This document shows positions 28,101 to 39,956 of a stretch of DNA of 64,000 bases, one piece after another (within the stretch, counting starts at the first letter, position 1; every line of letters starts with the position of its first letter). The stretch is from Paraphysomonas bandaiensis (taxonomy: Eukaryota > Protista > Chrysophyceae), in the NCBI GenBank assembly GCA_965644295.1, contig CBFFRP010000413.1:1-64000 (forward strand), written 5' to 3'. A program made the position numbers and the translations under genes. The notes beneath the pieces were generated by a model that saw only the letters and a program-made list of their open reading frames with translations, was not told the DNA's origin and did no database searches.

Positions 28101-30317
28101 TAAATATCTCACTTCTTTGAAAAGCTGTACCAATCTAATATCATAGTTCACAGCAATGTAGTGCTTTGACGTTGTTGGGTTGACTTTAACAACAAGAACA
28201 ACAGTTTCACTGTTAGCATTGTCGCGAACAAATGAAGAGACAACGCCAATCCAGTTCTCAAACATAGAATCAATGTCCAAAAAATTTAGTAATTCGTCGC
28301 AGACTTCTTTCAACTTCTTTCCTTCACTTTGATCCTGCCAACCGGCACCCAACACATTTTCCATTCTGTTGAGCAGAAGATTTAACTGATTTTCAATTTG
28401 GCGTGCCCAGAGTATGCGACCACTCAGAGGAGGAATATCCCTGAGATCGGCAGTCGCCTTTTCTAAAGACTCATCATATCGCAGTCGAAATTTTTCTTGT
28501 AAACGCTCAATGTCTTCATGCACGTGCTTTATCAACGATACCCTGAACGGACTGACTGCATTCCATATTGCACGCCTAAAGAACAGAGGATTAAATATCG
28601 AGAAAAGACGAAATGTTTCATCCGTAGATTTAGAATTCCTTAATTGTTCTCCAAGAAGTCGCGAAATAGAATCTTCTAGCCGTTCAAGGCGCTTCTCATA
28701 CGCATCAACTGTTTCGGTCCATATTGTCTGACCTTCTTCCGATGTATCAAGGCAGTCAATATTCGACGGCAAAAAGTATTTGTAAGAGTCTTCCAAATCT
28801 TGAACAATTGCATCATCACCATCCGACAGTATATCTCGGAGAATACTTCGTAACTTTTCATGTTGTTCACGAAACTCAGAAATAGCAACGATTCTTGTCT
28901 CCAAAAGAGCGTGCTTTGGAGTAGTTTTGAAATTCAAAACAACATTTCGACGTTTTTGCATTTCAACTAAAGCATTCCTTGCCACAATGAACTCCTGTTT
29001 CCACGTCCGAAAAAATTTTTCGCAATCATGAAATATAATTCGAAAATCCCTGATAGAGCACTTCATCATATTACTCTCCCTTAATAGAACGGTTAGTCGC
29101 GAATTCACTTCTAATCCAAGAGTGTCCAGCAGTTCTCCAGCGCGACCTAAATCGTAACCAGAACCAGAATATTTAATTTTGGTAAAATGCTGTAAGCACT
29201 TGGTCGTGGCATCAGAAAGTCCCGGAAAAATAGCCGTTGATGCCAAAACACTTTCGATCGGAAAATCTCGAAGAAAACTATACGAGCCATGGACGATGCT
29301 AATTGACTTTTCGAGTTCATTTTCTGCTTCACGAATCAGACCCTCCGACACACGATTGGTTCTCTTCAGTACCAGTTTTGTCAAAAGGGCCTCCGGAGTA
29401 TCCAATTGCAATTTCGACTCTCTTAGCTTTATGTCGAAATCCTTCCAGAACTCTACCTCTTTTGATATAGATGACGGAAAAGGAGAATTCAAAAGCTTAG
29501 TTTGCTTTGCTATTTCATGTGGCCATTGTTTTGCATACTTATTCACGTCATTGGCGAAATTTTCCCTTTGACTTTCGGTTTCTCCCATGGACAAGGAGAG
29601 ACCAATTTCATCGAAAAAAGAATCAACATGTGTTGCAATGTATTTATCTAGGTGTTTCCTGATATCAACTGCGGAAGAATGAGACGCAGCCTCTGCTAAA
29701 ATACTTGGGACAGGAAGTTTCACGCGTGGCACCAATGCACTGCGTTGACAATGTTCTAAAGCTAAGTCCAGTTCACGAATTTTCCGTTGCAAGGTAGTCA
29801 AACTTTCAACATCAGCTGCATCAGAGCTGTGCAATGATAGTGCAATACGGGCAACAGGAAGGAATGTATGTTTGGTATGCTGTTGTATGACAGAGAGAAG
29901 AAACTGTTCCCTGTCCACACCATCGCATTCTCCTTGAATTTTTAAAACAGACACTTGTGATGGCACAGCATCCGGTACAATAGCACCACATCTCACTTTT
30001 ACAAATACTAATGTTGACAGTGCATTGAAAGCATCATCTGCAGACAAACCAAAACGAATTATATCTGCAACAGAGTCAACATAAAAACGACATGAAAAAA
30101 TTTAAAAGCATTTACCATTCTTGTCATCACGCCGATGCTCTGCATATATAGCCATTACATCAGATCTAGAGACAAATTTTTCCACAACAGCATTAAAGTG
30201 TTCCGTATTTAAACTGCGATCAATTTCTTCACAACTACGGACGTCAAGAAGAGCAGAACACACTTCCTTAAAATGAACTGTGACCGCCAATAGGGCCGCA
30301 TGAACTCCTTCTTCCAT
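16176..30317 (-). CDS. DYNC1H1: Cytoplasmic dynein-1 heavy chain (multi-exon, about 4.5k aa)
   Basis: P-loops GPAGTGKT, GPSCSGKT, GPPGSGKT, GESGVGKT; WGCFDEFNRL; PRFYF; GRILWARQIE tail; WLGGMFSPEAFITATRQ C-terminal motif typical of dynein-1; short GT-AG introns join the ORFs. Confidence 0.96.
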
Positions 30318-32899
30318 TTACAGTTTAGAGTACTCGAAATTAAATTAATACTAGTACAATCGCTATATACAGAGCATTACTGTTCGCTATTCAATCGATA
30401 ATGTTCGTATATTTACCCTGAAATTGATCTCCGGACTCCAGCAACAGCAACAAAAGACAAACTACACACCGTGGTAGAGTTTGTGTCTCACACAACTAGA
30501 CGACTCCACAATATGTAACTAAGTTCTTTTAAATTTATTACCGTCAGCTATCTAAGTATCGTAAGTGTTATTAGAAGCCAATCCAGCACTGAAATAGCAT
30601 TGATTGCTCCATTTCTGCCTTGTAGATTCCCGCACTTGTATACACAAAAATTGCATGGTTATTAGTGGTGTTGACTGCATGATCAGCAGTGTGTCGTAGT
30701 TCCAGGGGCGGAAAAAACTGTACTCAGCGAAAAAAACTCCCACAGGAAACCCAGTTTTTTCATATTTCACATTCATACACTCCTTTAAGCTGCATATGAC
30801 ACAATTGTTACAATCATATGCTCAAACATTGATACATATCACATAAACACACCGGGTTACCAATAGAACATGCTACTCTGGAGGTGTGGGGTCCAACTTC
30901 CACAAGTTTTGGTGGAAATTCGCTTCTAAGATTGCAATTGTTATCCTGCATCAAAATTCACAGTTATGAAGAGCTCCTGAACTCACTGTGAGGTACATAG
31001 CAGAGATCAGTTGCTGAAAACAATGTTGTGATAGCAAAGATGATATTGTGAATTCCAATTTTGGATTCATTGATAAACGGTCAAGAAATATGCACAGGTC
31101 ATTCTAGGAGGATCTGCCCCTAATTGCACCTTCCTTGTTGCACTTAATGATCCCACATGCTCCCCAATTTAAGGAATTTCGATTATTTTTAATATTTGAG
31201 TGATATGAAATCTTAATACTGAGTTTCATCTTTTATTTTGTTGGAATTATATTCTTTTATGGCTCTTTGCTGTATAGACATCCTTGGTCCCAAACCGCTA
31301 CAACCACGGGTGTAGTTGTCCTATTTTGCAGTGAATTTAAACTCAATGACTGTTTATGATACTGTTATAATGGTTTGATTACTGTAAGTATGGCTTGATG
31401 AAATATTAAGGCCACATTGGATGGAATTGTTACTTTCAGATACAATATAATACACACGTGTGTCACTTGTATATGATATTGGATGTTTTGTAGTGAGTTA
31501 TTATAATTACTTTAACTTCTTTTTCTTGTTCAGGTCACTATGTCCTTCATTGTTGGTCTGGAATTACGATTATATGTAGATAACTTATGCGACTTATACT
31601 GATAAAAATGTGACCGTATAAAAATGACAGACAACATTTATACTGACTTGTGGAATATGTAATCCCTTTATACTTCACCCTTAGATAGTGTGCTTTTATT
31701 ATATTTGCAATAAGCTTTTGTGATTTACTTGTCTACTACTACACTGTTACGTATCATCTCTGATAACCTCAACCACAGCCTATATATGTTATTGTTATTC
31801 TGACCGTTTAGTGGATCATTTGTGGTTTAACAACAACCTTCTTGTTCTAACCCTTATGATCTTTACGACACCGAGTTAACTACGAAGTCAATTGTAATAT
31901 ATAGGTGCAGTTGATTCTGCATCTATTATTACTAGCGAATGTGCCAGATGTTCTGTCGATTATCGCTTGTAAGTATTTTTAATTAGTAATTAGTCAACAG
32001 AACTTTGCTATACATAGATACATAGCAGAATAGTATGTATATATCATAGTGTAACCATTACATTCTCACGCTTTTGACCTGTAACTAATATGAAACTTAT
32101 TACATGTCTTTAAAAACATGTTCTCTTCACACGTACTGCAGTATTTATGTAGTTAGTATTTATTGCAAAACGCATCAAAAACTCCATTTTCAAAATTTCA
32201 CCAGGTTTTAACTGTTTCGCCAGGTTTGGGCATCACATCGACTTTTATAGAATGTCCACTTTTACTAACAGTGGTCGAACAGAACGGTAGTATGTGTATG
32301 TATACTATTGTAAATTGCTGATGTTGCATAACTGTTATACTGTTGTATGGTGAACTGCTGTATATATACGTCGGGGAATATTATTCAACCTAGTCAAATT
32401 GGTGGGAAATCCTAGTCACACTATATTTGGTGGAATAACCTAGTCAAAGTAATAAATGGCTCAACCTAGTCAATTTTGGTATTCAACCTAGTCGTTCTTA
32501 TATCCATTGATTACACACTGTGACTGTCTAAGATACCATCTCACACCACACAATATATTAGTGGCTTACAGATCATCAAAACAATCATTAAAACATAACA
32601 ATAAGCTCATATCTACATATCTACTGAACAGATGTACGTCTATGACTATCGAGCCTATCTATAGCTTATAAGTATATAGCGATAGGTCCCCTGTGAGTGT
32701 TATGGGGAGGAGGGGTCCATGAAGCTGTGGATATAACTCACTCTATGATCTGCAGGGCATCTCAAGATCTTCATATGCCCCTGATGACATCCTTCCCCAC
32801 CCTAAAATGAAGGAGTTCGATGCCCATGAAATGAAGGAGGCTGTCGAACTTCACCGGACTTGGTCACGAGAAACTGCCCAATGTGATGTACTGCATGTG

Positions 32900-34115
32900 T
32901 ACAATGGACCATTGAAATTGCAATAATTGATATTGGGACATCAAATTGCAATTATAATAAATGACTCCAGCTAGGAATTCCTAGCTTCAATCAACTGATT
33001 AAAAAATGCCATATTTTTACACTGAAAGTTGTTGAAAAACGGCATTTTTATTTAGAAAATCCAATTTTTACGAGAAAAATTGAAGATTGATGAAGGACTA
33101 TAATATCCACAGGACTACATACAAATATCATGAAAATATACGGTCGACATAATCCGATTTTATTGTTCGGCCAGTCTGTTACATAATAACATTCAAATAT
33201 TCGTCAAAGTGGGATATTTAATGATAATTGACGATATGAGAGATAAACTGGCACCAGAAGTCATTGCACGAGCGTTCTTTTTTAGAAAATAAATGATATT
33301 AACGAAGAGGTTCCAATAGAGACTTGGCAGTTTCGGAAGTGCCCTGTAAGAAAAGGTGTTCTGAAACGAAAGGAGGGTTATGGGTGGAGCGACCTCTCGC
33401 AGCATGCCATCTAACTCGAGGGATAAAACGATAAAGTTTTGACTGCCCAGCGAGGTGGTGGTGCGATGGATAAATATGTCGAGGGCAAAGTATCACCTTA
33501 AGCGTGGTTATCGTATCACTGATTGGAGTGGGTGATAATAGGTGATCTTCTTTTTTCTTTCGTGGAAAAACCATTGACACGACAGAACACCAGGTTGAAT
33601 AATATTTCGAGATCAACATTGATGAGGTATATGTGGAAGTCTTGGACTTAGAGGTCGAATGCAAGATCAAAGCAATGCTTCCAATGCATTTCGGTTTGAT
33701 TGTTGATGGATGGACGTGCAGCAAGGAACGTTGATGGATGATGGCAGTGAGAGTCTAGTTCAGAATGACGACACAGCGCAACGTTAGATTGATGGTATTA
33801 GGCAGCGGAAGCGAGCACGTCTTCACCAGCAAACTCGTTACCGCAGCATGAAGCAGTTGCATATCACAACCAATAAGGTTGAAAGGTTGTTCAGTAGAGC
33901 TAAGATTGTTATGACTGATTTGCATTTAGAATTACTTATGTTATTACACATGAACCGTCGCCTCTGGAATGAAATGACAGTTGAAGTAGCTATATTGGCA
34001 GGTAATTAGTTTAGTACTGCATAAGTGCAGTTAATTGCAATTATAATTGAAATAATTGAATTGAGACAGCAAATAATATACTTGGAATTATAATTGACTA
34101 CAACACGCATCCCTG
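32900..34115 (+). mobile_element. Internally deleted hAT-like transposon
   Basis: LPMHFGLIVDGWT (first catalytic D) and TTNKVERLFSRAKIVM (C-terminal dimerisation motif); ends are homologous to 38902-39627; right end ...GCATCCCTG. Confidence 0.75.
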
Positions 34116-34202
34116 ACAATGGTTGCATTTTCATTAAGTGATGACCAGATTATGCTCCCATGTTTGAGTGGAACTTCTTATTTTTGACTAGGTGAATACC
34201 CC

Positions 34203-35700
34203 CAGGGCCTGGTAACCGTTAATGGTAGTGCCATTATAATTGCCGGGACATTTGTCATTAATGCCATTATAATTGCCGGGAACCGGACTACCATTAATGA
34301 CCTGTACTGCTATATATAGAACTGAGTGTTATTAAGATAATACAGTATGTATCTCCTCTATACTCCGAAGAAACTCTAAACAGTATTAGACGACAATGTT
34401 CATGCAACTCTACAGGTACTTTGTGGCAACTTTGTTCACTGTCTTCTCAATGCTCAATATGCATATTTCACCTAGAAAGCTTTTATAAAAATACTATTTT
34501 CCCCCAAAATTGAAAGAAGCTGCAGTACACAATTATACCATACAGTATATTATATGCGAATATGATGACCAAAAAAATTGATGGCAGTGTAATTTACAGT
34601 CTGAGTATTCTTCCGAGTGGATTCAGAGAATCCTCTGCTCTTTATCATATTTGATTGTTGTGCAATGATCGCCTTAAACAAGATATACAGCGAGGTTACA
34701 CGACTTGGGTGAATCATATAAGCCAAGAAGGGCACCAAACATGGGAATTTTTCTTGGCAAGAGGAACTCGAGAGAATTTTGGGAAATGAAAGACTTCACG
34801 GGGGCAATTTATTGTCCTTTATAAGAAAGAAAGTATCTCCTTACTCCAGGTTCTTACTCTAGCTAACTTTTGAAAGCTGAAACAATATTTGCGCAACTTG
34901 AAAAATTACAGAGAGTGTTACGCTCGCCTTACAAAGAGATGGAACCAATTTGTACCAAGCCCGCCAGTTAATTGATATATACTGCTACAAGAATTTCCAG
35001 AGCTGCATTCATACCTTTCTCTGAATGCAAGCATTGTTGCCAGTGCAATTTTTGAGAAGACAGTGGCTAGTGGCTAAAATTCAAGGGAACGATGAAAGAG
35101 AGTTGACAGGCAATGACAGAGAGAGCGGTTAGACATCTGCAACTGGATTCATCCATTGATGTTGGTGCACCCGACAGAAGTAACGAGGACGAGAGTGAAG
35201 GAACTGATTTTGCACAATGTGTTCTGGACAGCGCCGAGGTCACCAAGATAGCTCGACTTGGTATCTATGAGTCCAACTACCGCTGCTTGCTTTATATTGA
35301 AGCACAATCTAATGTTGTTAAGAGGCACTTTAGTCGTGCAAAGTTGATAATCGCACCTGAACGTAGAAACATGTATCCTATCGTCTAGAATCGTTGCCAT
35401 TCCTACGAGCCAATTACATGTTGTGGGATGCTTATACCCTCCATGAAGCCCTGGAAGATGATCCTGATGTGCCAGTAGAGAGCCCGAAGTAGTTAGAATT
35501 CGTAGTCTGCTATTTCATTAAAAATTAGTCATTGAGGGAGCACTATACTGTCTATTATGAACAGTGTTATCTACTTCAAGTTCGTAGGTATTTATGGCCA
35601 TTAATGGTCCATTAACGGCCATTATAATTGCCGGGACATTTTTCATTAATGCCATTATAATTACCGGGAACTGGACTACCATTCATGGGCCATTAACGGT
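34203..35700 (+). mobile_element. Second degenerate hAT-like transposon
   Basis: Starts CAGGGCCTGGTAACCGTTAATGG; GCCATTATAATTGCCGGGA subterminal repeats at both ends; QSNVVKRHFSRAKLII...FLRANYMLWD remnant. Confidence 0.7.
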
Positions 35701-36059
35701 CAATCTAGTCTTCGTAAACTGAATTATTAAATGTCTAGGTTTTTCATATACATGACGAGTTTTTTACACCAATTTGGTGTGACTAGGTAATTCAACCAAT
35801 ATGACTAGGTTGAATAATAGATTCCATATTCTATATATATTTTTTATATATGACTAACGTTCAGCATTATATTTTACTTTAAACTGTCAATAGTGCCATG
35901 AAACAGATGATTTCTACCCCAGATATACTTTCTCACTGTGTCCTATACGTATTGATGTAAATGAGGACGTCAATCATTGTCACCTAGATATAGGGTGTTT
36001 TGTATCTTGATATCTACCATCTATCATAAATAGAATATTAGTGTTACCTGTGTAATACT

Positions 36060-36425
36060 CTGCAGAGGATTAATACGCCAGCCTATTAGTAGAATAGTAT
36101 GTTGACATGCATTACCAAGATACCTGGTAATCGTAGGTAGTATATATTGATTATTAATAACAAGATGCAATTTCTTCACTCTGGAAGTTGCTTGTAAGTA
36201 GTATTGTAATTGTAGACTTATCCATTGTTGTTGGTTTATTGCTATTATGGAAGAAGCGCCTAAGAAAGAGGTTCTAAGTTAAATGCAGCTATGGCGGTAC
36301 TAAGAATGGTGTTGGAAGAAAATGATCCACCAATGGCTAGTTACCCCAATGAAGAGTATGTCAGGAGCATTGGACTTGTGGTTGGATTAAATGATGCCGA
36401 TATCGACATACTGATATTGCACTAA
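36060..36425 (+). repeat. Diverged copy of the internal region of the 6011-7167 element, with a disrupted small ORF
   Basis: Shares AAGATGCAATTTCT..ACT.TGGAAGTTGCTTGTA..TAGTATTGTA.TTGTAG and a homologous peptide. Confidence 0.65.
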
Positions 36426-37730
36426 TACGCATACCTAATCGTCTCCCTGTAGGTGGTACCTATAACCTCTACATTTCCTACTGATAAGTATCCCTATTTA
36501 TATTAAAATGTACCTATAGGCACTGCCTACATGTATCAATACTACCTATAGGTGCTACCTAAAATACAATACCAATACGACCTAGAGGTACTATAAGTAA
36601 CAATAATATACACAGTATAATATATATATTGCAAAGTAGGAAATAATATAAAAGCAAGCAATAATGCAGATCTGTATCATGAATGAAAAGACGAAGCATG
36701 TATTCAATTAAAATAAGACTGTATTCGCATTAACATATTACGAAGTAAAAATTAACGGCAATTATTAATTAGAACCTACTAATATACATACCACGACAAA
36801 TCTGAACCAAAGCGTAAACTAGCTCCCAATCACCTGCTAAGAAGCAGAAGCATTGTGCACTTCAGATGTCTTCACCGCCAATCTGAGTTCAGTTAGCTTC
36901 CAAGGTAATGATAACATTTGTTCGTCCAAGCCATCTTACACCGATCTCACACCGAGATAACTTCTGGGGTACGATACTGATACAGAGGTGTATATATAGG
37001 AAATAATTTACCCAAAATATTGTTTCTATTAATTGCATGCATTAATAATACTAATATGAACGCTGCCCCCCATTGATGTATATTGAAGATGTTAGCGGTC
37101 ACATTACTTGAGTCCTTGAATTATCGGGAGAACTTCACAGGATGCATACTGAGCATACATTCTGCAATATAACGGCTCAAGCAGTATTTCATCCACCTGT
37201 AAGGGCTCTCTTCCACTTCACTGTCTCTTCTGAGGGTAATAACCACACACATGAATCAGTTGTCTCAAGCGGTTAAAAGTCATCGTACTGGTCTTGCACA
37301 GCATGAAGCTTGCGGTACAGTGAAGTCAAGTCAGTCCATTAACGACTCCATCAATCGTCCTTTGTTTTAATCTGCAGGTGGGGTCATAATTTCACCCCAC
37401 AATAGACTGTCTGTGTGTCTTTTGATGGTCATGACCCTCATATACAACACACTCCTGCCAGTATACCAGCAACCGTATATACAAAATACATACACTAATA
37501 ATACGTAATTTACACAATTTTACATTCGACCGTCCAACGATGGTATTTTTTTGTCGCATGTTGTGTCATGCTGCACAGCAGTCGGTGGGGGGTAACACCC
37601 TCTGCCTGGTATTTTGACCAGCATGCCCGATGCAAATCTCAACCCGAAAGGTGCATGTCATATATAGAACGCTTGTATCCATTAAATGACATTTTATCTG
37701 TAATACATAACTATAACTGATCGCTGTAGA

Positions 37731-38594
37731 ATGGCAGTGAGTGATTAATGTGATTCGCGGAAACTATTTTGTTTACTGCGTTGCTCAGGGCGTGAGGCGC
37801 ACATGGGACAAAGAAGCTTACGAGGCTAAAGCGAAATTGCGTGCCGAGCAGGTATTGTACAAGTTTATATTTTGTACTGTTCACAAAGCACACCAATATA
37901 GGGCGATGATGCTGTGTCTGAGCAAAAGGAGAAGAAGATTGTGGCTTTGGATGAACAAGTAAAGGAAGAGTTCCAACCTGCCAACAAAGACAGCGCTGGG
38001 CCGATGGGTTCAGAGCGGGCATACTTAAAAGCCCGAGAAAGTAGAATAGATCTGGATAGTAAGGTTGGAAAGACACAAATTGTTACGTCTTCTGAAACCG
38101 AAGGTACCTCTGCGCCTGGTTGGTGGTGCGAGGTAAGATTACAGTAGGAGGTTAGCCTTGTCATTGCATCATTTTTAGGTTTGCAACTGCCTTCTTAAAG
38201 ACTCGACTAGTTACCTTGACCATATAAACGGCAAGAAACGTACGTAGCTGTGTACTCTGTGCATTGCGTGATATTGAATTGTATTCGGATAGATCAGAGA
38301 AATCTGGGCTACAGCATGCGTGTGGAACGGGCTGGGGTTGATCAAGTGAAAAACAGGTTGGCATTGCTGAAACGAAAAATAGCTGATCAAGCCTCCACGC
38401 CACGCTCTTCAGCTACTGAAGAATATGAAGCGCGTTTAGCCGTTCAACGTGCTGAAGAAGAGCTGAGAAAAAAGAAGAAAAAAGAAGAGTTGTGTGCAAG
38501 GAAAAAAGAAAAAGAAATTGCTGAGCTCGAGAGTGCGGATCCAGAAATAGCAGAGTTAATGGGCTTTGCGGGTTTCGGAAGTTCGAAGAAATGA
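37731..38594 (+). CDS. ZMAT2: Zinc finger matrin-type protein 2 (spliceosomal SNU23)
   Basis: ATGGCA|gtgagt intron gives MA-GVRRTWDKEAY; WWCEVCNCLLKDSTSYLDHINGKKHQRNLGYSMRVER U1-type zinc finger; C-terminal MGFAGFGSSKK. Confidence 0.92.
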
Positions 38595-38901
38595 GATTTA
38601 GATATTATGCTGATTATTGTACACTTAAACATTTGGTTTATACGTTTGAAAATAATTCCGAGATCGAAGTGGAAGTCATATGTATATGGGTGACATAAAC
38701 GGACGGAAGCTAATTCCAAAATTAGTTTTTTGTATTATTGAAGAAAGCTAATCTGTGAGATATTTGCCTTTTTACTCATCATAGTGTTTAGAGCATACAT
38801 ATGCGACGCTGTTATAGAGCCGGTGGTTATGAAGCTACTATGGATAAGGATGAAGTAGTGTAGGTAGTAGTTTCATATGATAGGTTGATAGTAGTCATGA
38901 C

Positions 38902-39627
38902 CAGGGCTGCGTATCAATTAATTGACGCAGGTTGTAGTCAATTATAATTGCAATTATTACTTGCTGTCTCAATTTCAACTATTGCAATTAACTGCAATTA
39001 ATTGCAATTATTTAGTACTAAAATACACTAGCTGCGAATATATCTACCTCAACTGACATTTCATTCCAGAGGCAACGATTCATGCGTAAAATCATAATTA
39101 GCACTAAATGTTGAGGAGTCAAGCTCTTGAGCAAGCCCGTCATAACAATCGTAGCTCTACTGAGCAACCTCTCAACCTTATTGGTTGTGCTATGCAAGTG
39201 TTTCATCCGTAACACGTTTGCTTGTTAAGTCTTGCTCGCTTCCGCTGCCTGCTACCATCAAACAAACGTTGCGCTGCGTCGTCATTCGGAGCTAGACTCG
39301 CACCGTCATAATCTTCTTCTTCCTCATCGAACAAATATATTTTAGTTTGATCCTTTGCCGTCCGAGTTACGGCTTCGTTGCCACATTGAATCTTCACGAC
39401 TGCCTTTTCGAAAGCAGCGTTAAAAATAATAGCAGCACTGTCGCCCAGATGACGCTCAACAATCGTTTTTATCAACTTTTCAGCATAAAAAGGTGGTTTT
39501 TTTAATATCAATTAATTGAAGCTAGCTGGAGTCAATTATAATTGCAATTATGAATCGATGTCCCAATTTCAATAATTGACAATTAATTGCAATTAATTGA
39601 AAATCAATTAATTGATACGCAGCCCTG
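38902..39627 (-). mobile_element. Non-autonomous hAT element (726 bp) with perfect TIRs and 8-bp TSD
   Basis: 24-bp TIR CAGGGCTGCGTATCAATTAATTGA; TSD GTCATGAC at 38894-38901 and 39628-39635; retains TTNKVERLLSRA...LRMNRCLW. Confidence 0.92.
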
Positions 39628-39660
39628 GTCATGACCAGTTGAGAAGATATTATATGAGTA

Positions 39661-39956
39661 TTATTATTATCAATAGGCGTTTAAGAGTAAGTGCTTAACT
39701 CTGATATTCTACCCTTTAGCGCTACGAAAGCTACTTGTGCGTTACCGCAAGCACCGAGGTGCAACCCCTTTCGCATTATCCCTCAAAGCAAACGCAGTGA
39801 GCAAACAGAATGTTGATATACCTGACATCTGTTAACTTCAGGATTTTTGAGTCATTCAGGTGAGCAACCTTTATGCTTGACTTCAGCTGGCAGCCGGTAC
39901 CTGTCACCTATCCCCCAGAACACCACGAAAAGGTGCGAGTCCAACTCTGTTGAGGG
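39661..39956 (-). mobile_element. SINE-like family copy with both ends (internally deleted)
   Basis: Has the 3' tail and the 5' end (plus strand ...GGTGCGAGTCCAACTCTGTTGAGGG); ATATGAGTA occurs on both flanks (probable TSD). Confidence 0.8.

Larger units (their letters stand above)
32373..35825. mobile_element. GG-ended TIR element (CCTAGTCA subterminal repeats) carrying two nested hAT derivatives
   Basis: Ends GGGGAATATTATTCAACCTAGTCA / TGACTAGGTTGAATAATAGATTCC; broadly colinear with the copy at 46673-47650 outside the insertions. Confidence 0.75.

Noticed and set aside
19796-29571. Many plus-strand ORFs of 60-147 aa
   Set aside because: Antisense shadows of the dynein coding sequence.
37623-37650. 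Alternative ZMAT2 start (ATGCCCGAT...)
   Set aside because: Its splice phase does not join the RRTWDK exon; ATGGCA|gtgagt at 37731 does.
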